NCBI GenBank assembly: GCA_001600815.1
Contig: BCKZ01000010.1
Coordinates: 494,142-558,141 of the forward strand
DNA: 64,000 nucleotides
From: Alloascoidea hylecoeti
Taxonomy: Eukaryota
Reading direction: 5' to 3'
The translations under genes and the position numbers were made by a program. Positions 33,636 to 44,692 of the stretch are shown here, one piece after another. The notes below the pieces were generated by a model, which did no database searches, was not told the DNA's origin, and saw nothing but the letters and a program-made list of their open reading frames with translations. Numbering within the stretch: position 1 is the first letter of the stretch; each line of letters begins with the position of its first letter.

Positions 33636-34532
33636 TTACAGCGTTTTAATATCATCTTCTTCAGCGTATAACCCACGATCTGCTCCTGGCAGGTAAATCG
33701 GTTTAATTTGAAAGTATGAATTTTCTTTTGTTGAAATGCCAGCATAAGCATTATAAAATGCAATAACAGCTGTTATGCAACCAACAACTCCAGCTGCTTT
33801 TGTTACACCGATATGGCCCGTAAAATTCCCACATGCTAATAATAAATACGTTAAATCCAAGAAAACATATAATGCACAGAATGCAACCGTTGATTTTAAG
33901 GTACATAAAACCATCATAGTTGTAAATATAAACCAAGCAATATTGAAAAAACCAAGGGCTGAATTAAGTTGATCTATATCATCACCATATGATGAAATAA
34001 TTCCAAAAGCATCTGTTTGAATAGCACCATATGCTATCCAATACCCACCATATGATGCTAATGAAGTAGCCCCAAACGTATTTTGAACAGCCATTTCCCA
34101 CATTCCTGCTAACAATTGAATTGAACCTCCATAAAAGAAAGCCAAACCAACAACAATATTTGGGGTTGTGACATGTCTTGCTTGAACGGTACAAAGAGAA
34201 GAGACCAGATTAGTAACAGCAAAAGCACTAACACCTAATGGTGCTGGATTTGCAAATTTATGAATAGAAGGTAGATGTGATCCAGGATTCAAATTACCTC
34301 CAAATGCACTTATAAATTCATTTCTGTATACCACTTGATCACCAATATGAACCACAGGCTGTTTTTTATGAAATGAAGTTTTAACTTGCAGGAAGTTAAG
34401 ACCCTTTTCATCTTCTATATCCGTTTGATCTTCTGTTATTGATGTTGGTTGGAAATTATCAGAACCTCTGGATCTTTTATAATTACCATTTTCAAGGTCA
34501 TGATTAATTGAGAATACACTATTACTGGACAT
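33636..34532 (-). CDS. Gpr1/Fun34/YaaH (ATO/ADY2) acetate transporter, copy 1
   Basis: AFGGNLNPG, FANPAPLG and SYGGYW motifs. Confidence 0.93.
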   Translation of the reverse strand: MSSNSVFSINHDLENGNYKRSRGSDNFQPTSITEDQTDIEDEKGLNFLQVKTSFHKKQPVVHIGDQVVYRNEFISAFGGNLNPGSHLPSIHKFANPAPLGVSAFAVTNLVSSLCTVQARHVTTPNIVVGLAFFYGGSIQLLAGMWEMAVQNTFGATSLASYGGYWIAYGAIQTDAFGIISSYGDDIDQLNSALGFFNIAWFIFTTMMVLCTLKSTVAFCALYVFLDLTYLLLACGNFTGHIGVTKAAGVVGCITAVIAFYNAYAGISTKENSYFQIKPIYLPGADRGLYAEEDDIKTL

Positions 34533-36336
34533 CGTTTGTTTAGGCAGTATGAATTCAAATAGCCCCTATTTTAACAACAGCTAAGAAAACAATTAAAGAT
34601 AAAGGAAATACTACTTATATATATTTATATCCATGGTGTCGAGAACTGACTCCAAAAATATATATGGGGAGGGATGCAAGCAGATGTCATAAAAACCTAA
34701 ATTTAAAAGATCGAATTCAAACACAGATTCATTATATTACTAATTGATTACAACGCTGCATCTATAAAAGGTCAAGTTTAAGGATGAAATATTAATATTT
34801 TATACATAAAAGTATGTCAACATTTATATATTCAGTTGGATAAGGATACTTTTTCGCAGGATAGTTTTGGTGTATAAGCCTTATATGGCCGCGTGCAGGT
34901 TTATAATGCAACCATATGCATGTTCATACATAATGAGTGCACAAGCTCAATTGCAATATATTTCAAAGTATTAACTGTTAACTTTAGCGGCTCCAGATCA
35001 AACCCTTCACCCCCTTTTATGTAATTAAAAATACGGAGATAACATATTAATATATATCGCAAGTTATAATCAAGCTTTTTAAGCTGATTTCAATGCAATT
35101 GTCAGACTATAATCACCATATAATATGCATTAAGTTATGAACCAATATCACCGGTATCCGCGGCTATTGATAATGATAATTATAGCTGATGTCACAAATA
35201 AACGTTGAAAGTATAGCAATAATGATTAACTACTACCATTGGAATTGGTCAATCTTGTCGATGTATTCTGGACTTTTCTCTTCAGGATATCAGGCTGATT
35301 GCCTGGGTTGTCTTACGTATTTAAAAAAAGATACCTATTATTAAGCTTCCCATTTTATATGAGTTATAATAACAATCTACTAGTTAACAGCATTTAAAAT
35401 TTAAAGAAACAATGAGATTGAAATGTTATCTACTTATCTATGGAGATTAACCAATTAGAATTTAAAAATATGATTTAAGTTGTAATTGAGTGTTGAGCTC
35501 GAGCATATGAATAAAGATTTTTCTCTTTCTTTTAAGCTTATCCTTGGACCAATCTATGAGAATAATAAATATAATACATGAAAATTATAATGAAATCATA
35601 AAATGAAAAAATCTTTTGTGCACAAGAAAATAAAAAGGATATACAAAAAAATTAATAAAAATTCAAGGAAATAAATAAAATCGTAAATGAATATGTCATA
35701 TAAGTATGTGCATATTTAAACTTCTTCCCGATCTGGTTATTCTTAATTCGAAGATATTGGACTTGGGAGGGAGATTTGTGAAAGAAAGAAAGTTTTATTA
35801 ATTTACAATATTTTCTAGATAATCATTGTAGGATTCCACATCAGAGAAGTTATTAATAATGCAAGAATTACAGGATTATGACTACAGTATAGGAATGTGT
35901 TGTGGGAAGCTTGAGAGATTAATAGCCAAAACCAGTTACGTACATACATAATGATACTGTATTTAGGCATACGTAGTTTTTATTTTCATTTCATAGCATG
36001 TACAAATTTAAAAGGTATTCGACACTAGCATATTATTTCATTTATGACACTATACATATATGTAAAGTCGAGGCCAAATGAATTGCTTTGATCCTCTTGG
36101 TCTAAAGTACCGATCACAGACAAAGTATGACTGTCTTGTTGGGTTAAGACGACCAATAACCACATATTCACACTCAGAGTTTTGTCATCCAACAAGAAGT
36201 GTGTCTTTTTTATTATTTCTCCTAATTTCAGTGCCAAAAGACACACGAACCACAGTCATTTACATTCAATGGTTAAATGATTTTTAATAAATCAGGTTTC
36301 AAATAACTTATACTGTACTCATATTTACACGTACGC

Positions 36337-38300
36337 AATGACCCTCAAGCTAAAGATATTAATAAAGAACAGACAATCGATGAGCCAGACCCCAATTATC
36401 TTTCTTCTTTTTTATCATGCTCCATTCAAATTGTCTCAAATCTTCCAAAGGAGATCTTGGATAGTATTACACTTCGAGCAAATGAATTAGAAAATTTAAA
36501 AACTGAAAAATTAAGACTTGAAGTAACGAATGGGCAAATATCACATACTGCTGCTAGTACCCGTATTTCTGCTATTAATTTCCGATTAAAATCTACAAGA
36601 CAAGAAGCTGAACAATTAAAAGAATTAATCAAAACTCTTGAATCAGATAAAGAAAAACTTTTAGAAAAAGTTCAAAAAAACTCTGAATCTTCTTCAACTA
36701 ATACTGGTGAAGGTAAAATATTTAATCAAAAAATAACTCAATTAAATGCTGAAAAGAGACAAACATTAGAATTACTTGAAAAGAAAAATTCTGAAATTTT
36801 TTCTTTGAAACAAGAAATTGATCAACTTCATAAAAATCAATCAGAGAATAGGAAATTAATTAGTGATTTAGAAAATCAAGCACAACAAGAACGATCTTCT
36901 TTTATTACTTCAAAATTTCGTGCTCAACAACTTGAAACAGAATTAGAAATGACCAAAAAAAGTAATGATTGGCTAAATACTGAATTAACAAATAAAACTC
37001 AAGAATTTAGTTCTTACAGAAAAGAAAAAATATCATTAATGGGTACTTTACAATCTGAATTAGAATCATCAAGATCTGAATTGGCTACCCTCACCAGTTC
37101 TAATGATATCCTAAAATCGAGATTTGAAAAATCTTGCCAAGATTTAGATCAATCATTAATGAGTATTAAAAGATTACAAGATGAAAAATCTAGTTATCAN
37201 GAAGATTTTGCAAAAGAAATGTCTGCTAAAGATAGACTTGTTAATTTATATAAAGTATCTGCTGAAGAAAGAAGAGATAGAATAGAACAGCTTGAAAATA
37301 ATTTGGAAAATATTAGAAATTCAATTATCGATGAACAAGCATNTTTGAAACATGAAGTTGATAAATATAAATCTTTAAATATTGAACAAAAAGCAAGAAT
37401 ATCTGAATTGGAGAATACTATTGAGGAATTGGCTGTCGCATCAGAAGAACCAAATGGTGATGGTGAAATGTCAATACATGGCACACCTACTCCTTCAACT
37501 CCATCTAGATTTAGTTCAACAACTCTTAGCATGCAAAAATAATTAGAATAGGAGCGTAAAACTAAGGAACTCATGCAGCGGCAGATTGATACATTTATTG
37601 AAGAGTTGGAGTATAAAGCACCTGCCATTCAAGCAAAAAAAGAACGTCCTGAATTCTTGGAAGAACAATTAGCTGAAATGAGTGTTTTATTAGAAAACAG
37701 TAATAATGATTACTTGTTAAAGATAAAAGCTTGGAAATTACGATCTTAAATAAATAAGTTAATGATTTGGGTAGACAAGGTCAACAATTATTAATTCAGA
37801 TTGAAATTAGAGATGATGATGAAGGGCCATTATCTTCTGAAGAAAGGTATGCATTACAAAAAGCTTTAGATGGTACTTTGGAAGAGCAATATGAATCAGA
37901 TACAGATCGTCTTATATCTCAAAGATTGGTTGTTTTTAAGAATGTTGTTTATTTACAGAAGAAAAATCAAGAATTATTAAAAATTACAAGACAGTTGGGT
38001 AGAGAAATGGAAAATAATGAGTCTCAATCAACAAAAAATTGAAGATTTGGAAACTTTAGCTGTATCTGAGGCTAGGGAGGCAATCATCACACTTCAAGAA
38101 GAGCTCTCTAGCCTTCAAACTAAATCCGAGGCCATGAGGAGGGAATGGGATATGTTTAGAGAATTACTTTCCTCCCATGGAGCTAGTAATACCGGTAATG
38201 TCCTATCTGTTTCTTCTAATGAACATGAACAACAACTATTAAAAACTAATACAGAAATCGAGACTAAATTGCAAGAGGTTGAAATGAAGAATCTGATGGC
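36337..38300 (+). pseudogene. Truncated, disrupted MLP1/TPR nuclear-basket gene copy (N-terminal portion)
   Basis: QQLETELEMTKKSNDWLNTEL, ELEYKAPAI and LISQRLVVFKNVVYLQKKNQELLKITRQLG. There is no in-frame ATG, in-frame stops at 37540 and 37549, later frameshifts and an abrupt end. Confidence 0.82.
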
Positions 38301-38769
38301 ATGTTTAAGGGGGAATTTTAGTTACTAGCTCATCATACAATCTAATTTTATAATTATAAATTAAATTAAATTATATTAAATAAATAAATACATTTTATAA
38401 TATTAATAAAGAATAAAAAATAAAATAAAAAATAATAAAAACATTAAAAAAGCTTTAAATTTAGAAAGATAAAAGTAATATTAATTAATTATAAATTATT
38501 ATATAACTGATTGTTTTTCCCCCATTATTAATATTAATATTTAAATCAGTCAAAAGAAAAATATATATATAGTTGATTCATATCTTATTATGATCATAGT
38601 TTAGTATTCAATTACCTATAGCTATAACAATAGGTATTTCAGTTTCATGTATCATTCAAGCCTATAGTTAAATATAAGCTTCTCTTATTTTATTTGTTTT
38701 TCATTTTATCATATCCATTATTCAATTTCAAATTAAAAATTTGGGCTTATTTATATTTCTTGTGGGATA

Positions 38770-41700
38770 TTATCTCTTCTCAACCAATCTCCAATACAAC
38801 AAACCATATCCACTAACAATAAATCCAACGAATATAACCCCTAATCCAATCAAATCTCTCCATAAAGCTCTAACATCAAATCCAAAAGTAGTTAATATAA
38901 CACTTCCAGGAATTTGAATTTGTAAACCATATTTATATTCAGTTAATGTTAAATATTTCACTTCATTAATAATTAAAGCTTCATAAGCATAATGAAAAAT
39001 TGATAAATATTGTAACCATTTTGCATATAAAGGTACAGAATCTCTATTAAGAAATAAACCAGCAAATAATAATGAAAATAACATAACCAATATACCAATT
39101 AAATTAGCAACAGTATTTTCTTTTATTGCAATACCAATTAATAAACAAATAGCAGCTGAAGTTAAATTAAATAAAACTAAAATTGTTAAAAATTTAAAAA
39201 ATGCATTATTATCAAGTGATAAACCAACCATCGGATAAATTATAATTCCTAAAAAAATTGGTGGTAAAACTCTTAATGGGAAAATATCAAATAAAATCTT
39301 TGATATAAAATATGAAAATGGATGATAATAACCATTTGATCTTTCTCTAACAAAAATAATTCTTTCTGAAGCAAATAAATTCATACTTGTTAGCGTTTGA
39401 AAACCAAATAATGCTAATAAAAAGAAAAATAATCCTAATCTATTTTGAAAACCTGATATATCATTTGAAATATTAAAGTATAAATATCCACAAAATAATG
39501 CTAAAAATATAACAATAATATAATGAGCTGTTAATAATTGTGGATTTCTATAAATATTTTTAAATGTTCGTGATGATAAAATTGATATTTGTCCAAATAT
39601 TCCGGCTTTTGAATGTCCAGATAATTTTTCTTTTGTAAATTCTTCAATTTCTTCTTCATTATTTCCTTCAAGTTCAAGAGGTAATAAATTATCAGTTTCT
39701 TCTATATATGATTGTGTAGTACTTGTTGTTTCAGAACTTACTGATTTTAAACCTTTGATTTCTTTTTTTAAATCTTGTGCGATTGATGATACTTCAAAAC
39801 ATGTTACTAATTTATCTAATGTTATATCATCATCATCATCTAATGATATTAATCTATGTCTTGGTTGATTTGGAACGAAAACGTCTCTATGAGCTGCAAA
39901 ATGCTTCCATTGATTTGTATCAACAACAATTGAAGAAGAAGAAGAAGAATCAGGAGGAACATGAACATTATCAGGAGGATTATCAATATCCTCATCTTCT
40001 TCTTCCTCTGTTGTACCTTGATTATGATGATGATTTGTATAGGAATCAGAATCATTAAAATGAGCACTTGATGATGCTTTAACAGTTAAATCAATAATAT
40101 AATCAGCAATATTATAACCATCAGGACATTTATAACCAATTCCATTTAAATAATCTAACATTTCATCATTTTTTCCAGAAAATATTAATTTCCCATCAGC
40201 TAATAATAATAATTTATCAAATAATGAAACAATATTTGATCTTGGTTGATGAATTGTAAAAACAATTGTTCTATTAAAATTTTTTGATAAATGACAAAGA
40301 GATTCAATAACATTAAAAGCATTATAAGAATCTAAACCAGAAGTTGGTTCATCTAAAAATAATATTGAAGGAGAAGTTACTAATTCACAAGCAATTGCAA
40401 CTCTTCTTTTTTCACCACCACTTATACCTCTATTTTCTTCATTACCAATTAAACGATCTTTTATATTTAATATTCTTAATTCAGTTAAAGTTTCTAAAAC
40501 TCGATATTTTTTTGAAGAAATTGACATTGATTTTGGTAATCTTAATAAAGCAGAATTTAAAACAGTTTCATAAACAGTTAAAGTTGGAAATAAATAATCA
40601 TCTTGATCAACAAAACCAATAATTTTTGAATATTCAGATTTATGATATCTTTTACCATTTATATAAATTGAACCAAAAATATTACCAATTTTATTTTTAT
40701 GAGCTAAAATATCAAGTAATGTTGTTTTACCTGCTCCACTACCACCCATTATTGCCATTATTTCACCCGGTTTAACTAAACCAAAAACATTTGATAACAA
40801 TTTTTTTTGAGAAGCTGATGGATGTTGATAAGATATATTATTAAATGATAATGTTACAGGGATATGATTTGTCATTAATTTTGAATCTTCATTATCATTT
40901 GGTAATCGAATTGATCCTTTATTATTATCAAAAAATGGATTTTTATTAATAAAAGTTGTAAATAAAACAGAAGCTAATCCACCTAATAGCAATATAAACC
41001 CACCAATTATTGTTAAACTTTTCCAAGTAGCTAAAGTTTTCTTAACTGGTGGGATATAACCAGGTAATTGAGTATAATGTAAACATTCAGATGAATCACA
41101 TTTTAGACTTATAGAATCATCACCAAAAACACTTGAAATTAAATTATTCATTGCAGGTTCAGAAAATACACAATCTTTTGATGTTACATCACATTGGAAA
41201 TGACCGGGACCTTTTATTTCATTACTTAAAAAATCATCAATATTAATTGAACCTTTTTTACCACATAACATTCTACCAGGTATGCATTCGCAAGTAATTT
41301 TATCACATTTATAATTAGTTGAATTTTTTGAATCAGAAAAAGAATAATCAAAATCACATTCAGTAAAATGGCAGTAAAAAGATTCAACTTCAGCAATCCA
41401 AAATTGTAAATCACAAACTTGTGAAGTTGAATTACAACCAAAAGTTACTTGTGGTACATCAGGTTTTAAAATATCGATGATTTTCCTGTTTGTGATGTCA
41501 CACATTTGATTGTTTTGTTCGACCAATATTCCTCCTTTGTAACATGTTCCTGGCAAACCACCCGGTAAAAAAGCATCACAAGAAGAATCAGATCCGCACA
41601 TATTACAATTAATACCAGACCATCCATCATCACACTGGCATGATTCCTCAGGTTTTCGTGGAGGCCTGTGGTCCGTTGCCAGTGACCCACAAACAGGCTC

Positions 41701-41928
41701 GGAGCAGTCGTTGGCCCCAAACCCAACGGGACAGTCGCAGATGCCGGAGTATTCGTTGCAAGCGCCCCCATTAAGACAGGGAAACAGTGGGAGCATACAG
41801 TTGAAACATGGAGGACACTCGTCGCTCGGAGCAGCGGCGGCCGGAAAGGGATATTCTTGCCACGTGCCCGGTCCCTCGGCCAGAACACGTGTGCCGAGCA
41901 GGGTAACCAGCAGGGTGAGGGTGTGCAT
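38770..41928 (-). CDS. ADP1: ABCG-type half transporter with an EGF-like lumenal N-terminus
   Basis: Signal peptide from the ATG at 41928, CPPCFNC and EGF Cys repeats, Walker A GGSGAGKT, signature ISGGEKRR, LFLDEPT, C-terminal TMD. Confidence 0.95.
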   Translation of the reverse strand: MHTLTLLVTLLGTRVLAEGPGTWQEYPFPAAAAPSDECPPCFNCMLPLFPCLNGGACNEYSGICDCPVGFGANDCSEPVCGSLATDHRPPRKPEESCQCDDGWSGINCNMCGSDSSCDAFLPGGLPGTCYKGGILVEQNNQMCDITNRKIIDILKPDVPQVTFGCNSTSQVCDLQFWIAEVESFYCHFTECDFDYSFSDSKNSTNYKCDKITCECIPGRMLCGKKGSINIDDFLSNEIKGPGHFQCDVTSKDCVFSEPAMNNLISSVFGDDSISLKCDSSECLHYTQLPGYIPPVKKTLATWKSLTIIGGFILLLGGLASVLFTTFINKNPFFDNNKGSIRLPNDNEDSKLMTNHIPVTLSFNNISYQHPSASQKKLLSNVFGLVKPGEIMAIMGGSGAGKTTLLDILAHKNKIGNIFGSIYINGKRYHKSEYSKIIGFVDQDDYLFPTLTVYETVLNSALLRLPKSMSISSKKYRVLETLTELRILNIKDRLIGNEENRGISGGEKRRVAIACELVTSPSILFLDEPTSGLDSYNAFNVIESLCHLSKNFNRTIVFTIHQPRSNIVSLFDKLLLLADGKLIFSGKNDEMLDYLNGIGYKCPDGYNIADYIIDLTVKASSSAHFNDSDSYTNHHHNQGTTEEEEDEDIDNPPDNVHVPPDSSSSSSIVVDTNQWKHFAAHRDVFVPNQPRHRLISLDDDDDITLDKLVTCFEVSSIAQDLKKEIKGLKSVSSETTSTTQSYIEETDNLLPLELEGNNEEEIEEFTKEKLSGHSKAGIFGQISILSSRTFKNIYRNPQLLTAHYIIVIFLALFCGYLYFNISNDISGFQNRLGLFFFLLALFGFQTLTSMNLFASERIIFVRERSNGYYHPFSYFISKILFDIFPLRVLPPIFLGIIIYPMVGLSLDNNAFFKFLTILVLFNLTSAAICLLIGIAIKENTVANLIGILVMLFSLLFAGLFLNRDSVPLYAKWLQYLSIFHYAYEALIINEVKYLTLTEYKYGLQIQIPGSVILTTFGFDVRALWRDLIGLGVIFVGFIVSGYGLLYWRLVEKR

Positions 41929-42040
41929 TTTCAGATTTCGCGGTTGTTTGAGGGTTGGGCTCTCCAGAAACAGTGTGTAGCAATCGTACATCCTCACACC
42001 CATACTTATCTGAATTTAATTGTTATCGAAATCGGAGAAG

Positions 42041-42048
42041 CCGGGTAA
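42041..42048. promoter_or_regulatory. Reb1-type site upstream of ADP1
   Basis: CCGGGTAA about 110 nt upstream of the ATG. Confidence 0.5.
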
Positions 42049-42884
42049 CGATGCAGACGTTCCACTTAAGTTAGGCCGCAGCTTCAGCAGACATTCCGCC
42101 GGATAGTTGGGAAGATGTGTGTGGAATATCCTGGTCCAAAAACAGGCAGAAACTATTTTTGTTGCATCCGACATCCATTTTCAATGTTAATCTTCCTGCT
42201 CGCATTTGACCAAGGTCTAAGTTCATACTTGATGCATATGATAAAACTGTTTTTTATTCCTAAAGTGATCCTTAATTGTAAAACTGTCATTAAATATTAA
42301 TATAAACAACAAGAATGTAATCCCCTAACTAAAGAATATGGACGTTTATGGGTCATGGGTCATATATAACACTGGAAATGTTGCTATATATATTAGCTAT
42401 AGTTTTTTACTCCACAATGTCCACATTTATGTGCACTTAATATCTTCTTAATTAATGTAACGTTAAGCTAGTTCAAAGAACATCATGCACTATCTAAATA
42501 GCTAAGAAATAATGATTATATACAATTATAATGGCCCCGCGAAGGTTCAAAACGGATCCATGGAATAAAGGGAAAAAGGAACTATAGGGTTGCTTTTACG
42601 AATATTCAATTGTAGGGGAATTTAATGCATAATGTTTTAGCCTTGAAGTTGATTGACCCCTCACTTTTCTTATAACCCTACAAATTGATCACGATCTATC
42701 AACATTATTTTTAGCTTTAAAATTTACGCAAAATACAAGGTTTGAACACTATTGCTTGAGTGAATACTAACATCAGAAAATGTATAAATTCATTCCAATA
42801 TATCCATTTCAATCTCACAATTATTAATTTTTATTACTCTGTTTAACACTACAAAACTTACTCATCATAACAACTTCACTTAAA

Positions 42885-43745
42885 ATGTCAAATACCGACT
42901 TTAATCTGAATCAAGACCTTGAAAAAGGTACCTCAAGCCAGCACTCTGACAATAATGATCCTGAGCTCAGGTCCGCTCCCAATAATGAGTACAACCCAAA
43001 CATTGCTCAAATTCAAACATCATTTCATAATAATCAAGAAGTCGTTCATATTGGTGATCAAAAAGTATACAAAGATGATTTAGTTAGGGCATTTGGTGGT
43101 ACTTTAGTTCCTGGTTTAATGGAAGCTCCAGTTCATAAATTTGCAAATCCAGCTCCATTAGGTTTAAGCGCTTTTTCATTGACTACTTTAGTTTTATCTC
43201 TTTGCAATGTTCAAGCCAGACATGTTTCAACACCAAATATTGTTGTTGGTTTAGCTTTCTTTTATGGCGGTACAGTTCAACTTTTAGCAGGAATGTGGGA
43301 AATGGCTCTTCAAAATACTTTTGGTGCTACTGCATTATCTTCATATGGTGGTTTTTGGTTATCTTATGGTGCAATTCAAACCGATGCTTTTGGTATAGTT
43401 GCGGCATACGGAGATAATAAACAAGAGTTAAGTGCTGCTTTAGGATTTTTTCTAATTGGTTGGTTTATATTTACATTTATGTTGGTATTATGTACTGTTA
43501 AATCAACAGTGGCATTTTGTGCACTTTTTGCATTTCTTGATTTAACATTCTTATTACTTGCATGCGGTGAATTTACTGGGAAAGTTGGTGTAACAAAAGC
43601 TGGTGGTGCTGTTGGTTGTGTTACTGCTTTTATTGGGTTTTATAATGCTTATGCAGGTATTGCAACTCCAGAAAATTCTTACTTACCAATTAAACCAATG
43701 TATCTTCCTGGTGCTAATGCTCCAATTTCAAAGAAATCAACTTAG
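42885..43745 (+). CDS. Gpr1/Fun34/YaaH (ATO/ADY2) acetate transporter, copy 2
   Basis: AFGGTLVPG, FANPAPLGLSAF and SYGGFW; close paralog of 33636-34532. Confidence 0.94.
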   Translation: MSNTDFNLNQDLEKGTSSQHSDNNDPELRSAPNNEYNPNIAQIQTSFHNNQEVVHIGDQKVYKDDLVRAFGGTLVPGLMEAPVHKFANPAPLGLSAFSLTTLVLSLCNVQARHVSTPNIVVGLAFFYGGTVQLLAGMWEMALQNTFGATALSSYGGFWLSYGAIQTDAFGIVAAYGDNKQELSAALGFFLIGWFIFTFMLVLCTVKSTVAFCALFAFLDLTFLLLACGEFTGKVGVTKAGGAVGCVTAFIGFYNAYAGIATPENSYLPIKPMYLPGANAPISKKST

Positions 43746-44590
43746 ATAAATTAATTTATGAAGCTTACAATATGATTTTTGACCTTTACTATACATATGA
43801 CATCTTTAAAATGAATTGTTCTAGACTTTTCACTAAAACTAATCCCTAATTATTTTATTTACTTATCAATTAACGATATTAATATAAATTTATCTGAATA
43901 TAAATAATATATTTTAACCTTTAACTATAAATTAAACTATGAATTTCTAGATCTCACAACTTAGATCAAATTAACTTTAGTTTCTTTTATTATAGTTTCC
44001 CATTGTACTGGGGTAAGACATGGGCAAGGGAACCCTATTATATATTGTTCCGGAACTTCCGGGGAACATCTTATGTTTTTTAGATTTTATCGAATGATAA
44101 AAAATATTTATTGTTTTTTTGAAAGAGTTACCGGTACACCAAAAAGTCGTACGGTTGTTCGGAATCTATTAAAAGTCTATATAATTATAAAGTTTATATT
44201 TTATATAGATAAAATAATTCTCACATTTAAATGTCATTGTGATTAATAAATATCCGTAATAATCTAGTTAAAAAGGTTAATTTTTTTTCATTATTAACAC
44301 GACTGGAAAAAACAAACTGCTAGCAACAATTTATCAAACCTGTAATTGTAGAAACCCCGAATATATTCTTAGTCGATGTCTTCTGTATCATAAATTCTCT
44401 AAGGCTGATGAAATAAATGATATATATGTTGGTGTAGTACGCTTTTTGTTATGAAGACAACAACGAAGAGCTTTATTTATGAATCAATTAATGTTAATTA
44501 TACATACCTTCCAACCATTTCAACAAAGCAATTCGTTTACTGTTCTATTCTTTAAATACTTTAAATCTAATGATTAAGATCTTTCGACTT

Positions 44591-44622
<32 letters not shown>

Positions 44623-44692
44623 AATTACATTTTAGTAGTTTATAATTAATATATTAATATCTTATATATACTTAATTAAGATTATCAAACAT

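Noticed and set aside
38300..38330. Helitron 3' end closing the MLP1 fragment
   Set aside because: CTAG is present but there is no subterminal hairpin.
41929..42003. N-terminal extension of ADP1
   Set aside because: The signal peptide begins at the ATG at 41928.
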